DNA from: Escherichia coli
GTDB lineage: Bacteria > Pseudomonadota > Gammaproteobacteria > Enterobacterales > Enterobacteriaceae
Assembly: GCF_013122565.1 (NCBI RefSeq)
Contig: NZ_CP053258.1
Direction: 5' to 3' (one strand)
Length of the DNA stretch: 64,000 nt
In this document: positions 24,445 through 41,707 of the stretch, piece after piece
Layout of the letters: every line of letters starts with the position of its first letter
Numbering within the stretch: position 1 is the stretch's first letter
Notes under the pieces: model-generated
The model's database searches: none
What the model was told of the DNA's origin: nothing
Seen by the model: the letters and a program-made list of their open reading frames with translations, nothing else
Translations under genes and position numbers: made by a program

Positions 24445-25017
24445 TTAATATTGCGTAGGAGCTGGAACTGCCGAAGACGGATTCACCTGAGTTGGTGAAG
24501 TGGAAGGTACAGTAGTCGTTGCGCCACCGCTGGCCTGAACCGGCACGGCGGTTTGCTGCACCGGCACCAATGTCAGGTCGGCTTTAGTTCCGCCCTTGTT
24601 GATCACCGGCTGAACGGTATCGGTAATAAATACCAGTTTGTCATTCACGGTAATCGCCGCACTCAACAGAATACGCGCGTTCGGCTGAACATCTGCCGGG
24701 TTAAATGGCAGAACAAAGCTGAATGGTGACTGTTTACCTTCGGTACGCACCGCTTTCTGCGCCAGCACTTTTGACGGCGCATCGGCTAACGACGCGTCAG
24801 AAAGTGTCACGGTCAGCACAGCATCAGGCGGCAGTGCGACTTTCTGACGGATCCAAACGGTACCGGAGACATTCGGTTGCTGGATAGCAGGTTGTTGTGT
24901 TGCTGAAATAGACGTATTTGCCGCCGGTGCTGGCGTCTGAATATCCGCGCTTTTATCTGCGCAAGCCGCCAACGCAATCGCAACCGCTAAACCACTGGCC
25001 ATGTGCACGAGTTTCAT
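24445..25017 (-). CDS. ybaY: outer membrane lipoprotein YbaY
   Basis: 190-aa ORF MKLVHMASGLAVAIALAACADKSADIQTPAPAANTS... with lipobox LAAC. Confidence 0.92.
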   Translation of the reverse strand: MKLVHMASGLAVAIALAACADKSADIQTPAPAANTSISATQQPAIQQPNVSGTVWIRQKVALPPDAVLTVTLSDASLADAPSKVLAQKAVRTEGKQSPFSFVLPFNPADVQPNARILLSAAITVNDKLVFITDTVQPVINKGGTKADLTLVPVQQTAVPVQASGGATTTVPSTSPTQVNPSSAVPAPTQY

Positions 25018-25234
25018 TCACTTCTCCTTATTATCAATACATCAGCGGGCTAACTTTCCTCGCCGGAAGAGTGGTTAACAAAATAGTAACGTCAACAAGT
25101 GTGGCACACATCACGCATTTCTGCCTGTAATTAGCCCGTAATTCAGATTATTGCACCCATCGGACCAGTGGCAAATTTGCGTTATACTCAACTCACTTTG
25201 GCTTGCTGCGGCAGCTTTGTTACTGGAGAGTTAT

Positions 25235-26095
25235 ATGAGTCAGGCGCTAAAAAATTTACTGACATTGTTAAATCTGGAAAAAATTGAGGAAGGACTCTTT
25301 CGCGGCCAGAGTGAAGATTTAGGTTTACGCCAGGTGTTTGGCGGCCAGGTCGTGGGTCAGGCCTTGTATGCTGCAAAAGAGACCGTCCCGGAAGAGCGGC
25401 TGGTACATTCGTTTCACAGCTACTTTCTTCGCCCAGGCGATAGTAAGAAACCGATTATTTATGATGTCGAAACGCTGCGTGACGGTAACAGCTTCAGCGC
25501 CCGCCGGGTTGCTGCTATTCAAAACGGCAAACCGATTTTTTATATGACGGCCTCTTTCCAGGCACCAGAAGCGGGTTTCGAACATCAAAAAACAATGCCG
25601 TCCGCGCCAGCGCCTGATGGCCTGCCTTCGGAAACGCAAATCGCCCAATCGCTGGCGCACCTGCTGCCGCCAGTGCTGAAAGATAAATTCATCTGCGATC
25701 GTCCGCTGGAAGTCCGTCCGGTGGAGTTTCATAACCCACTGAAAGGTCACGTCGCAGAACCACATCGTCAGGTGTGGATCCGCGCAAATGGTAGCGTGCC
25801 GGATGACCTGCGCGTTCATCAGTATCTGCTCGGTTACGCTTCTGATCTTAACTTCCTGCCGGTAGCTCTACAGCCGCACGGCATCGGTTTTCTCGAACCG
25901 GGGATTCAGATTGCCACCATTGACCATTCCATGTGGTTCCATCGCCCGTTTAATTTGAATGAATGGCTGCTGTATAGCGTGGAGAGCACCTCGGCGTCCA
26001 GCGCACGTGGCTTTGTGCGCGGTGAGTTTTATACCCAGGACGGCGTACTGGTTGCCTCGACCGTTCAGGAAGGGGTGATGCGTAATCACAATTAA
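25235..26095 (+). CDS. tesB: acyl-CoA thioesterase II
   Basis: ORF 25151-26095; internal start gives [52 protein letters not shown]... (286 aa). Confidence 0.95.
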
Positions 26096-26133
26096 AAAAA
26101 TAGCCGGAGGTGAAAACCGTCCGGCTGTTTTTT
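26094..26133. terminator. bidirectional rho-independent terminator between tesB and amtB
   Basis: A-run, then stem agccgga/tccggct, then T-run gtttttt; sits in the 48-bp convergent gap. Confidence 0.75.
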
Positions 26134-26143
26134 GCAGTGCTTG

Positions 26144-27430
26144 TTACGCGTTATAGGCATTCTCGCCGTGACTGTTGACATCCAGCCCTTCTCGCTCCTG
26201 CTCTTCCGGTACACGCAGACCAACCGTCAGATCCGCCAGTTTGTAGCCAATAAATGCCACCACACCGGACCAGACGATCGTAATGGCGATGCTTTCCAGC
26301 TGTACCAGCAACTGATGGCCCATCGTCACACCTTCAGCGAAGCCCACGCCACCCAGCGAACTGGCGGCAAAAATCCCAGTCATGATACAGCCGACAATGC
26401 CACAAACGCCGTGCACACCGAAGACATCGCAGGGATCATCCACCCGCAGCAAGCGTTTGAGCATAGTAACGCCCCACAAGCCCGCCAGACCAGCTACCAC
26501 GCCGATAATCAACGCGCCGCCAACCCCAATGTAGCCACACGCTGGCGTCACGCCGACCAGACCGGCAATCGCGCCAGAACACGCTCCCAGCAGAGAAGGC
26601 TTACCACGCAGCGCCCATTCACCGAAGATCCAGCCAAGAATTGCCGCCGCCGTTGCGACCACAGTATTCACAAATGCCAGTGCCGCGATTTCATTCGCCG
26701 TGCCCGCTGACCCGGCGTTAAAGCCAAACCAACCAATATAGAGAATGGCAGTACCGGTGAAGACCATTGGCAGGTTGTGCGGTTTAAACGCCTCTTTGCC
26801 GAAGCCCACGCGTTTGCCTATCAGATACGCGCCCACCAGACCGGCGATTGCGGCGTTAATATGCACCACCGTGCCACCCGCGAAATCCAGCGCACCGTGA
26901 GAAGCCAGCAAACCACCGCCCCACACCATATGCGCAATCGGAATGTAAGAGAGCGTCAGCCATACCACCACGAAAATCAACACAGCTGAGAAGCGGATTC
27001 GTTCCGCCAGCGCCCCAACGATCAAGCCGACGGTAATGCAGGCAAACGAGCCCTGAAACGCCACGTGGATATACTGATAAATGCTGCCCATCACCGCCGT
27101 CAGTTCGATGTTTTTTAGCATCAACCAGTTAATGTTGCCGAAGAAGTTGTTGCCCTCACCAAACGCCAGCGAGTAACCGTAAACCACCCAGAGAATACAG
27201 ACCAGTGCAAACGTCACCGTCACCTGCGTCAGCATCGACAGCACGTTTTTGCCGCGAATCAACCCACCGTAAAACAGGGCAATCCCCGGAATAGTCATAA
27301 ACAGCACCAGCGCAGTACAAATCATCATAAACGCATTGTCGGCTTTATCGGCCACCGCAGGTGCAGCCATTACCAGTCCCGGCAGCATCGCCAGTGAAGC
27401 AAGCCCAGTTTTTATCGTCGCTATCTTCAT
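26144..27430 (-). CDS. amtB: ammonium transporter AmtB
   Basis: 428-aa polytopic ORF MKIATIKTGLASLAMLPGLVMAAPAVADKADNAFMMICTALVLFMTIPG... Confidence 0.97.
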   Translation of the reverse strand: MKIATIKTGLASLAMLPGLVMAAPAVADKADNAFMMICTALVLFMTIPGIALFYGGLIRGKNVLSMLTQVTVTFALVCILWVVYGYSLAFGEGNNFFGNINWLMLKNIELTAVMGSIYQYIHVAFQGSFACITVGLIVGALAERIRFSAVLIFVVVWLTLSYIPIAHMVWGGGLLASHGALDFAGGTVVHINAAIAGLVGAYLIGKRVGFGKEAFKPHNLPMVFTGTAILYIGWFGFNAGSAGTANEIAALAFVNTVVATAAAILGWIFGEWALRGKPSLLGACSGAIAGLVGVTPACGYIGVGGALIIGVVAGLAGLWGVTMLKRLLRVDDPCDVFGVHGVCGIVGCIMTGIFAASSLGGVGFAEGVTMGHQLLVQLESIAITIVWSGVVAFIGYKLADLTVGLRVPEEQEREGLDVNSHGENAYNA

Positions 27431-27459
27431 TTTTCGTTCCTGTTGCTGTGTGCCAGAGA

Positions 27460-27798
27460 TTACAGCGCCGCTTCGTCGGCTTCGCCGGTACGAATACGAA
27501 TGACGCGTTGCAATTCAGCGACGAAGATTTTGCCGTCGCCAATTTTTCCGGTGTAAGCCGCCTTACTGACGATATCGATCACTTCATCGAGTTGGTCATC
27601 AGCAATCGCCACATCAATTTTTACTTTTGGCAGGAAGTTGACGCTGTATTCCGCCCCCCGGTACAGCTCGGCATGCCCTTTCTGACGCCCGAAACCTTTC
27701 ACTTCGGTGACGGTCAGGCCCTGAATACCAATGGAAGATAACGCTTCACGAACGTCTTCCAGCTTGAATGGTTTGATTATCACGGTCACCAGCTTCAT
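27460..27798 (-). CDS. glnK: nitrogen regulatory protein PII-2 (GlnK)
   Basis: ORF 27460-27936; internal start gives MKLVTVIIKPFKLEDVREALSSIGIQGLTVTEVKGFGRQKGHAELYRGAEYSVNFLPKVK... (112 aa). Confidence 0.96.
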   Translation of the reverse strand: MKLVTVIIKPFKLEDVREALSSIGIQGLTVTEVKGFGRQKGHAELYRGAEYSVNFLPKVKIDVAIADDQLDEVIDIVSKAAYTGKIGDGKIFVAELQRVIRIRTGEADEAAL

Positions 27799-27850
27799 AG
27801 ATCCCCTCCGGTCAGAATTCGGTAATGGTTCTGCTACACGAAGAAGGTAT

Positions 27851-27866
27851 TGCAAGCGGTGTGCCA
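27851..27866 (-). promoter_or_regulatory. sigma54 promoter (TGGCAC-N5-TTGCA) of glnK-amtB
   Basis: Minus strand reads TGGCACACCGCTTGCA about 55 nt upstream of the glnK start, a consensus -24/-12 element; glnK is known to be NtrC/sigma54-dependent. Confidence 0.85.
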
Positions 27867-27978
27867 GAAATGAAAAACGAGAAAGAGAGCAGGAAGTTAA
27901 GAAGTTTGAAAATGAAAACGCACTATGACAGTGCACAGTGCGTTACATTTTTGCACCAACGATGAAATATTGCGCTAT

Positions 27979-31525
<3,547 letters not shown>

Positions 31526-31554
31526 GCGTTGTGTCCTGACCTGATTCTGGATAT

Positions 31555-32013
31555 TTATTCGATGGGTAAAGAAGTGGTGTATTTAATCTGTTCCATCGCG
31601 AAGCTGGAAGTGACGTCCGACAGCCCCGGCACGCTGTTTACCAGACGCTTATAAAACTCGTCGTAGCGTTTCATGTCGGCAACCTGGACGCGCATCAGAT
31701 AATCGTATTCACCAGCCATGCGCCAGAACCCCAGCACTTCTGGCATTTCGGTAACCACCGTGACAAAGCGGCAATACCATTCGCTGCTGTGATGTTGCGT
31801 TTTTATCAGCACAAAGGCGGTCAGGCCGAGGCCTATTTTTTCCGGATCCAGCAGGGCGACCTTGCCGATAAGGATACCGTCGTCCTCCAGCCGTTTCAGA
31901 CGCTTCCAGCAGGGGGTGGTTGTCAGATTAACGGCTTCAGCCAGTGCCTGCAAAGAGAGGGTGCAATCCTGCTGTAGTAAGGCCAGCAGCTTACGGTCAA
32001 TTTTATCTAACAT
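31555..32013 (-). CDS. decR: Lrp/AsnC-family transcriptional regulator DecR (YbaO)
   Basis: ORF 31555-32241; internal start gives [61 protein letters not shown]... (152 aa). Confidence 0.92.
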
Positions 32014-32165
32014 AGCCCTTCCACGGAGAATTTTTTTCTCTTTTAATTCTATTTTAAAGGTGAAATCGCGACAATTTATTCTGTGCGGTTTAAACACCAC
32101 GGCACAAAATGACAAATTCAACGCAAAAAAAACCGGGCAATTGCCCGGTGCTGGAAGGGATCTCG

Positions 32166-32984
32166 TTATTCGGGGGAATAAGGTAGATGTGGATAGTCCA
32201 GCCAGTGCGTCAAATAGTGAGAGACAGCCTGATTTCGGCAATGTCCAATCACCGGTAAATGCGGGAGCTCCGCGCGCAGTTGCGGCATCGCATTGCCCAT
32301 AATAAATCCGCTACCGACGCTGCCTAACATTTCGCGATCGTTCATCGCATCACCAAAGGCCATGCAATCGCGCAACGATAAACCTAAATGTTGGGTCAGC
32401 ACCGTCAATGCAGCGCCTTTATTGCAGCCCACCGGCAGCACTTCGAGGCAATCCGTGGCGGAAAAACACAAATGTGCACGCTCGCCTAATGCTTCGTATA
32501 GCTGGATCTGCAAGCGTGTAAGATCGTCGTGATCGCCACAGAAGCAGATCTTGGTGATGCTGCCGAGTGGCATTTTTTTGACATCGATTATCTGATAACG
32601 AAAACCGCTATAGACAAATGCCTGCAACAACGCAGGGATCTCTTTCCCGGTAAACCAACCGTCGTCATTGAAAATATGCATGCTGGCTCGGGTATCCCAT
32701 TGCTGATACAGCACCAGCTCCGCGACATCCGCAGGTAAATCATCACGATGTAAAAGTTCACCTTCCAGAGAATGCACGCGCGTTCCGTTGCCGGTAATCA
32801 AATATGCATCCAGCGATAGCGCCCCGAGAATATGCTGCATCTCCAGCGCATGACGCCCCGTGGCAAAAGTGAGGGTAATGTCGCGTTCACGCAGTCGCGC
32901 CAAAGTAGAGAGGGTTTTCTCACCTAAATGATGGTCAGGCATCAATAAAGTGCCATCCATATCAAATGCTGCCAGACGAGCCAT
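32166..32984 (-). CDS. cof: HAD-family HMP-PP phosphatase Cof
   Basis: ORF 32166-32996; internal start gives [31 protein letters not shown]... (272 aa), HAD motif DMDGTL. Confidence 0.93.
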
Positions 32985-33083
32985 TTCTTTCTCCACTCTG
33001 TGACACGGTTAATGGTGATTGAGTATCACCTGATATATACGGAAGTAATAGTGAATAGTTAAATAATATTGTTCCGGGTTTAT

Positions 33084-34784
33084 ATGCGACTGCTCAACCG
33101 TCTTAACCAGTATCAACGTCTGTGGCAACCTTCCGCCGGAAAGCCGCAAACCGTCACCGTCAGCGAACTGGCCGAACGCTGTTTTTGCAGCGAACGCCAT
33201 GTTCGTACGCTGTTGCGTCAGGCACAAGAGGCGGGATGGCTGGAGTGGCAGGCGCAGTCAGGACGCGGAAAGCGCGGACAATTACGCTTTCTGGTCACGC
33301 CAGAATCGCTACGCAATGCGATGATGGAACAGGCACTGGAAACCGGAAAGCAGCAAGATGTGCTGGAGCTGGCGCAACTGGCCCCAGGTGAGCTGCGCAC
33401 TCTGTTACAGCCGTTTATGGGCGGACAATGGCAAAACGATACACCCACGTTGCGTATTCCCTACTATCGCCCGCTCGAACCGCTACAACCGGGCTTTTTG
33501 CCCGGCCGTGCCGAGCAGCATCTCGCCGGACAGATATTTTCCGGCCTGACCCGCTTCGATAATAATACCCAGCGCCCGATTGGCGATTTAGCGCATCACT
33601 GGGAAACCTCTACTGACGGATTACGCTGGGACTTTTATCTTCGTTCAACCCTACACTGGCATAACGGCGATGCAGTAAAAGCCTCACACTTACACCAGCG
33701 ATTATTGATGCTGTTACAACTGCCAGCACTGGATCAATTATTTATTAGCGTGAAGCGTATTGAAGTCACCCATCCGCAGTGTCTGACCTTCTTTTTACAT
33801 CGCCCTGATTACTGGCTTGCACACCGGCTGGCGAGCTATTGCAGCCATCTGGCGCATCCGCAATTCCCACTGATCGGCACGGGTCCTTTTCGCTTAACAC
33901 AATTCACAGCGGAGCTGGTGCGCCTGGAAAGCCATGATTATTACCATTTACGTCATCCGCTGCTTAAAGCGGTTGAGTACTGGATAACTCCGCCGCTTTT
34001 CGAAAAAGATTTGGGAACCAGTTGTCGGCATCCCGTGCAAATCACCATCGGCAAACCGGAGGAGCTGCAACGGGTCAGCCAGGTCAGTAGTGGCATCAGT
34101 TTAGGTTTTTGCTATTTAACGTTGCGCAAAAGTCCCCGACTCTCCCTCTGGCAGGCGCGAAAAGTGATCTCCATTATTCATCAATCCGGTTTATTACAAA
34201 CGTTAGAAGTCGGAGAAAACCTGATCACCGCCAGTCATGCATTACTGCCAGGCTGGACTATTCCACAATGGCAAGTACCGGATAAAGTCAAACTACCGAA
34301 AACCTTGACGCTGGTTTATCACCTACCGATAGAACTTCATACCATGGCAGAACGCCTACAGGCGACACTGGCAGCGGAAGGCTGTGAACTCACAATTATT
34401 TTTCATAACGCAAAAAACTGGGACGACACGACCCTACTGGCACACGCAGACCTCATGATGGGCGACAGATTAATTGGCGAAGCACCGGAATATACGCTGG
34501 AGCAATGGCTGCGTTGCGATCCACTGTGGCCACATGTTTTCGACGCTCCAGCATATGCACATTTGCAATCGACACTGGACGCGGTGCAAGTAATGCCTGA
34601 TGAGGAAAACCGATTTAATGCCCTGAAAGCGGTTTTTAGCCAGTTAATGGCAGACGCGACACTGACGCCGCTATTCAACTATCACTATCGCATTAGTGCC
34701 CCTCCCGGCGTGAACGGTGTGCGGCTGACACCGCGCGGCTGGTTTGAATTTACCGAAGCCTGGCTTCCCGCGCCGTCGCAATGA
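33084..34784 (+). CDS. ybaE: solute-binding-protein-like protein YbaE
   Basis: ORF 33069-34784; internal start gives MRLLNRLNQYQRLWQPSAGKPQTVTVSELAERCF... (566 aa). Confidence 0.88.
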   Translation: MRLLNRLNQYQRLWQPSAGKPQTVTVSELAERCFCSERHVRTLLRQAQEAGWLEWQAQSGRGKRGQLRFLVTPESLRNAMMEQALETGKQQDVLELAQLAPGELRTLLQPFMGGQWQNDTPTLRIPYYRPLEPLQPGFLPGRAEQHLAGQIFSGLTRFDNNTQRPIGDLAHHWETSTDGLRWDFYLRSTLHWHNGDAVKASHLHQRLLMLLQLPALDQLFISVKRIEVTHPQCLTFFLHRPDYWLAHRLASYCSHLAHPQFPLIGTGPFRLTQFTAELVRLESHDYYHLRHPLLKAVEYWITPPLFEKDLGTSCRHPVQITIGKPEELQRVSQVSSGISLGFCYLTLRKSPRLSLWQARKVISIIHQSGLLQTLEVGENLITASHALLPGWTIPQWQVPDKVKLPKTLTLVYHLPIELHTMAERLQATLAAEGCELTIIFHNAKNWDDTTLLAHADLMMGDRLIGEAPEYTLEQWLRCDPLWPHVFDAPAYAHLQSTLDAVQVMPDEENRFNALKAVFSQLMADATLTPLFNYHYRISAPPGVNGVRLTPRGWFEFTEAWLPAPSQ

Positions 34785-34848
34785 ATAGCTGGTCCGGGTT
34801 AATCGCAGGCGTTACCATAACGCTTTTATTGTTCAAGCAGGATTATCT

Positions 34849-35544
34849 ATGAAACGTGCTGTCGTTGTGTTCAGTGGAGGCCAGGATTCCACCACCTGTC
34901 TGGTGCAGGCATTACAACAATATGATGAAGTCCATTGCGTGACGTTCGATTACGGTCAGCGCCATCGCGCAGAAATCGACGTGGCACGCGAACTGGCGCT
35001 GAAACTGGGGGCACGCGCGCATAAGGTTCTTGATGTAACGCTGCTCAACGAGCTGGCGGTCAGCAGCCTGACGCGTGACAGCATTCCGGTGCCTGATTAT
35101 GAACCTGAAGCCGATGGTATCCCGAATACGTTTGTCCCAGGGCGTAATATTTTGTTCCTGACGCTGGCGGCAATATATGCGTATCAGGTAAAAGCAGAAG
35201 CCGTAATTACTGGCGTCTGCGAAACGGATTTCTCCGGCTACCCGGATTGCCGCGATGAGTTTGTGAAAGCACTAAACCATGCCGTCAGTTTGGGCATGGC
35301 GAAAGATATTCGTTTTGAAACGCCGCTGATGTGGATTGATAAAGCGGAAACCTGGGCGCTGGCAGATTATTACGGCAAACTGGATTTAGTCCGTAACGAA
35401 ACGTTGACCTGCTATAACGGCATTAAAGGCGACGGTTGCGGTCATTGTGCGGCGTGTAATTTACGCGCCAACGGTTTGAATCATTATCTGGCCGATAAAC
35501 CGACGGTGATGGCAGCGATGAAGCAGAAAACCGGGTTGAAGTAA
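34849..35544 (+). CDS. queC: 7-cyano-7-deazaguanine synthase QueC
   Basis: 231-aa [49 protein letters not shown]... with PP-loop SGGQDS and C-terminal zinc cysteines. Confidence 0.96.
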   Translation: MKRAVVVFSGGQDSTTCLVQALQQYDEVHCVTFDYGQRHRAEIDVARELALKLGARAHKVLDVTLLNELAVSSLTRDSIPVPDYEPEADGIPNTFVPGRNILFLTLAAIYAYQVKAEAVITGVCETDFSGYPDCRDEFVKALNHAVSLGMAKDIRFETPLMWIDKAETWALADYYGKLDLVRNETLTCYNGIKGDGCGHCAACNLRANGLNHYLADKPTVMAAMKQKTGLK

Positions 35545-35557
35545 TTATTCCAAGTGT

Positions 35558-35584
35558 TGCCGGATGCGGCTTGAGCATCCGGCA
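35558..35584. terminator. 10-bp perfect hairpin (tgccggatgc/gcatccggca) between convergent queC and fadM
   Basis: Inverted repeat read directly in the 51-bp gap; REP-like hairpin likely acting as bidirectional terminator. Confidence 0.6.
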
Positions 35585-35595
35585 CAACAAAACGT

Positions 35596-35994
35596 TTACT
35601 TGACCATCTGCTCCAGCTTTTCGCGCAATTCCCCTTCCAGAACTAATGCTTTCTGCGTTTTAAGATCAATACAAACAAAGGTAATAAGCGCATCCGCTAC
35701 TACCTGCCCTTCCGGCTCCAGTGTAATGACCTGGCTTAAGATGCCGCTTTTACCGTTTAATTGCTGTAACTGGCTCGTAATGGTTAACAAGTCGCTTAAT
35801 ACCGCCGGGCGACGATAGTTAATATTGATATTCACCACCACGAAAGCGATGTTATGGGCCGTCATCCACTGAAAACTGTCGCTATTTTCCAACCCATCCC
35901 AGCGGGCTTCTTCAAGAAATTCAAGGTAGCGGGCGTTGTTTACGTGCTGGTAAACGTCGAGATGATATCCACGAACTTTGATTTGTGTTTGCAT
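35596..35994 (-). CDS. fadM: long-chain acyl-CoA thioesterase III FadM (YbaW)
   Basis: 132-aa ORF MQTQIKVRGYHLDVYQHVNNARYLEFLEEARWDGLE... (hot-dog fold thioesterase). Confidence 0.93.
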   Translation of the reverse strand: MQTQIKVRGYHLDVYQHVNNARYLEFLEEARWDGLENSDSFQWMTAHNIAFVVVNININYRRPAVLSDLLTITSQLQQLNGKSGILSQVITLEPEGQVVADALITFVCIDLKTQKALVLEGELREKLEQMVK

Positions 35995-36047
35995 AGCGCA
36001 ATAACCTTACGTTGTTGTTATAAGAACTGTTATAAGTACAGAGGTCA

Positions 36048-38493
<2,446 letters not shown>

Positions 38494-38623
38494 GGTGTAA
38501 CAACACTCCGCTGTAGATGACTGTGTACCTCACGCAACGTATCGATGCGCGCAAAGGCCTATTGTGACAAGAAACGGGGGCAATTGTCAGCCCACAAGAC
38601 GCAGAAAGTCACCGAATACAAAT

Positions 38624-38650
38624 AAAAAAGGCACATCAGTAGATGCGCCC
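38624..38650 (-). terminator. rho-independent terminator of hupB
   Basis: On the minus strand: stem ggcgcauc/gaugugcc (one G-U pair), loop uacu, followed by UUUUUU. Confidence 0.7.
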
Positions 38651-38684
38651 TTGAACTTCGTCACATCCCCACTGGGGACAACGC

Positions 38685-38957
38685 TTAGTTTACCGCGTCT
38701 TTCAGTGCCTTACCTGCACGGAAGCTCGGTACTTTAGCGGCAGCGATGGTGATCTCTTTACCGGTCTGCGGGTTGCGACCAGTACGGGCAGCACGCTCTT
38801 TAACGGCAAAAGTACCAAAACCTACCAGTGCTACATCATCCCCTTCTTTCAGAGATTCAGTTACGGAAGCAATAATAGCATCTAACGCACGGCCAGCCGC
38901 AGCTTTAGAGATATCAGCCCCTGCAGCAATCTTGTCGATCAATTGAGATTTATTCAC
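38685..38957 (-). CDS. hupB: DNA-binding protein HU-beta
   Basis: 90-aa [72 protein letters not shown]... Confidence 0.97.
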
Positions 38958-39165
38958 TCTTCTCTTCCTCTTTATAATTTATATCGCACTTGAATCCTTC
39001 AAGGTACGAACGCGCAGCAGTTATATCAGGCCAGCCATCCCCTTACAACACCCCTTAATAAGGGCAAGCCCAATCCGCCATCTAACTTAGCGAGACAAAA
39101 AAAGGCTGGCAAGTCCGAATTAGCCTGCCAGCCCTGTTTTTATTAGTGCATTTTGCGCGAGGTCA

Positions 39166-41520
39166 CTATTTTGCAGTCACAACCTGCATGCCAGACGGTT
39201 CATTTTGCAGCGCCAGAGTCAGAACTTCCTCAATGCGCTTCACAGGATGAATGTCCAGATCGGCAATTACGTTGTCAGGAATCTCTTCCAGATCGCGTTT
39301 ATTTTCGAACGGAATTAACACTGTTTTAATCCCGCCGCGATGCGCTGCCAGTAGTTTTTCTTTCAAACCACCGATCGGCAGTACCTGACCACGCAGAGTG
39401 ATCTCACCGGTCATTGCCACATCGGCACGAACCGGGTTACCGGTCAGGCAAGAAACCAGCGCGGTGCACATAGCAATACCAGCACTCGGACCATCTTTCG
39501 GCGTCGCACCTTCCGGTACGTGGACGTGGATGTCGCGTTTTTCGTAAAAATCAGGGTTGATCCCCAGTTTTTCCGCACGCGCACGAACCACCGTTAATGC
39601 CGCCTGAATGGACTCCTGCATCACTTCGCCGAGCGAACCGGTATAGGTCAATTTGCCTTTCCCCGGAACACATGCGGTTTCAATGGTCAGCAAGTCACCG
39701 CCCACTTCAGTCCACGCCAGACCGGTTACCTGACCGACACGGTTTTCGTTATCCGCGCGTCCATAGTCAAAACGCTGAACACCAAGGTAGTCATGCAGGT
39801 TGTCGCCGTTAATTTCGATATGTTTTAATGACTTATCGAGCAGTAACTGCTTAACCGCTTTACGGCACAGCTTGGAGATTTCACGCTCCAGACCACGCAC
39901 GCCCGCCTCACGGGTGTAGTAACGAATAATGCCGATAATGGCGCTATCGTCGACGGTCAGCTCACCTTTTTTCAGTGCATTACGTTCAATCTGCTTCGGC
40001 AGCAGGTGACGTTTGGCGATGTTCAGTTTTTCATCTTCGGTATAACCGGAGAGGCGAATCACTTCCATACGATCCAGCAGCGGTGCCGGAATGTTCATGG
40101 AGTTCGACGTCGCGACAAACATCACGTCGCTGAGATCGTAATCCACTTCCAGGTAGTGGTCGCTGAACGCTACGTTCTGCTCGGGATCCAGCACTTCAAG
40201 CAGTGCAGAGGCCGGATCGCCTCGCATGTCAGAAGACATTTTGTCGATCTCATCGAGCAGGAACAGAGGGTTTTTCACGCCCACTTTCGCCATTTTCTGG
40301 ATCAGTTTACCCGGCATAGAACCGATGTAAGTACGGCGGTGACCACGGATTTCCGCTTCATCACGCACGCCGCCCAGCGCCATACGGACATATTTACGCC
40401 CGGTGGCTTTGGCAATGGACTGACCCAGGGAGGTTTTACCTACCCCCGGCGGCCCAACCAGGCAGAGGATCGGTCCCTTGATTTTGTTGACACGGCTTTG
40501 AACCGCAAGGTACTCAAGGATGCGATCTTTCACGCGCTCCAGACCATAATGGTCGGTATCAAGGATTTCCTGCGCCTGACGCAGGTCTTTTTTGACCTTG
40601 CTACGCGCATTCCACGGCACCTGAACCATCCAGTCGATATAACCACGCACTACGGTCGCTTCTGCCGACATCGGAGACATCATTTTCAGCTTCTGCAACT
40701 CTGCTTCCGCTTTCTCTTTTGCCTCTTTCGGCATTTTCGCCGCATCGATTTTGCGCTTCAGGGCTTCGTTTTCGTCCGGCGCGTCATCCATTTCACCGAG
40801 TTCTTTCTGAATAGCTTTCATTTGCTCATTCAGATAGTACTCACGCTGGGATTTCTCCATCTGCTTTTTAACGCGGTTGCGAATGCGTTTCTCAACCTGC
40901 AGCAGATCGATTTCCGATTCCATCATTGCCATCAGATATTCCAGACGTTCGTTAACGTCGGACATCTCCAGAACGGACTGTTTGTCAGCCAGTTTCAGCG
41001 GCATATGTGCAGCAATGGTATCCGCCAGACGCGCCGGATCGTCGATGCTATTCAGCGACGTCAGCACTTCTGGTGGGATCTTTTTGTTCAGCTTGATGTA
41101 GCCTTCGAACTGGCTGATTGCAGTACGCACCAGCACTTCCTGTTCCCGCTCATCAATGGTCGGCGACTCCAGATACTCCGCCTTCGCAGAAAAGTGTTCG
41201 CCATTGTCAGAGAGCGCAGAAATACGCGCGCGCTGTAACCCCTCGACCAGCACTTTGACGGTGCCGTCAGGCAGTTTCAGCATCTGCAATATAGAGGCCA
41301 CGGTCCCGACGGTGAAAAGATCGTTTACACCCGGCTCATCCGTTGAAGCTTCTTTCTGCGCGACCAGCATAATTTTTTTATCATGGTCCATCGCCGCTTC
41401 CAGACAACGGATAGATTTTTCCCGCCCGACAAATAAGGGGATGACCATGTGCGGATAAACCACCACATCGCGCAGCGGCAATACGGGGATTTCAATGCGT
41501 TCAGAACGCTCAGGATTCAT
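39166..41520 (-). CDS. lon: ATP-dependent protease Lon
   Basis: ORF 39166-41565; internal start gives [44 protein letters not shown]... (784 aa); Walker [10 protein letters not shown], catalytic PKDGPSAG. Confidence 0.97.
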   Translation of the reverse strand: MNPERSERIEIPVLPLRDVVVYPHMVIPLFVGREKSIRCLEAAMDHDKKIMLVAQKEASTDEPGVNDLFTVGTVASILQMLKLPDGTVKVLVEGLQRARISALSDNGEHFSAKAEYLESPTIDEREQEVLVRTAISQFEGYIKLNKKIPPEVLTSLNSIDDPARLADTIAAHMPLKLADKQSVLEMSDVNERLEYLMAMMESEIDLLQVEKRIRNRVKKQMEKSQREYYLNEQMKAIQKELGEMDDAPDENEALKRKIDAAKMPKEAKEKAEAELQKLKMMSPMSAEATVVRGYIDWMVQVPWNARSKVKKDLRQAQEILDTDHYGLERVKDRILEYLAVQSRVNKIKGPILCLVGPPGVGKTSLGQSIAKATGRKYVRMALGGVRDEAEIRGHRRTYIGSMPGKLIQKMAKVGVKNPLFLLDEIDKMSSDMRGDPASALLEVLDPEQNVAFSDHYLEVDYDLSDVMFVATSNSMNIPAPLLDRMEVIRLSGYTEDEKLNIAKRHLLPKQIERNALKKGELTVDDSAIIGIIRYYTREAGVRGLEREISKLCRKAVKQLLLDKSLKHIEINGDNLHDYLGVQRFDYGRADNENRVGQVTGLAWTEVGGDLLTIETACVPGKGKLTYTGSLGEVMQESIQAALTVVRARAEKLGINPDFYEKRDIHVHVPEGATPKDGPSAGIAMCTALVSCLTGNPVRADVAMTGEITLRGQVLPIGGLKEKLLAAHRGGIKTVLIPFENKRDLEEIPDNVIADLDIHPVKRIEEVLTLALQNEPSGMQVVTAK

Positions 41521-41603
41521 AGAGCTCTCTCTTAGTTTAATTTCCGCCAGGTAATCAGATGACACGACTGTGCTTCACGCCATCTATTAACATGTACGTC
41601 AGT

Positions 41604-41631
41604 ATATGGGGATGTTTCCCCCACATTCAAC
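41604..41631 (-). promoter_or_regulatory. sigma32 (heat-shock) promoter of lon
   Basis: Minus strand reads GTTGAAT-14 nt-CCCCATATA about 85-110 nt upstream of the lon start. Confidence 0.7.
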
Positions 41632-41655
41632 GCCGAGAATAGAGGAAAAATTAAA

Positions 41656-41679
41656 GGGGAGATAAAATCCCCCCTTTTT
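41656..41679. terminator. hairpin with flanking A/T runs in the clpX-lon intergenic region (clpX terminator; may also end the antisense sRNA SraA)
   Basis: gggga-gataaaa-tcccc followed by ttttt on the plus strand, preceded by an A-rich run; an sRNA (SraA/PsrA3) is reported at this locus in K-12, recalled from memory and not confirmed from sequence. Confidence 0.55.
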
Positions 41680-41707
41680 GGTTAACTAATTGTATGGGAA
41701 TGGTTAA

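Noticed and set aside
40006-41238. 410-aa plus-strand ORF
   Set aside because: Antisense to lon; no recognisable motifs; composition typical of antisense shadow ORFs.
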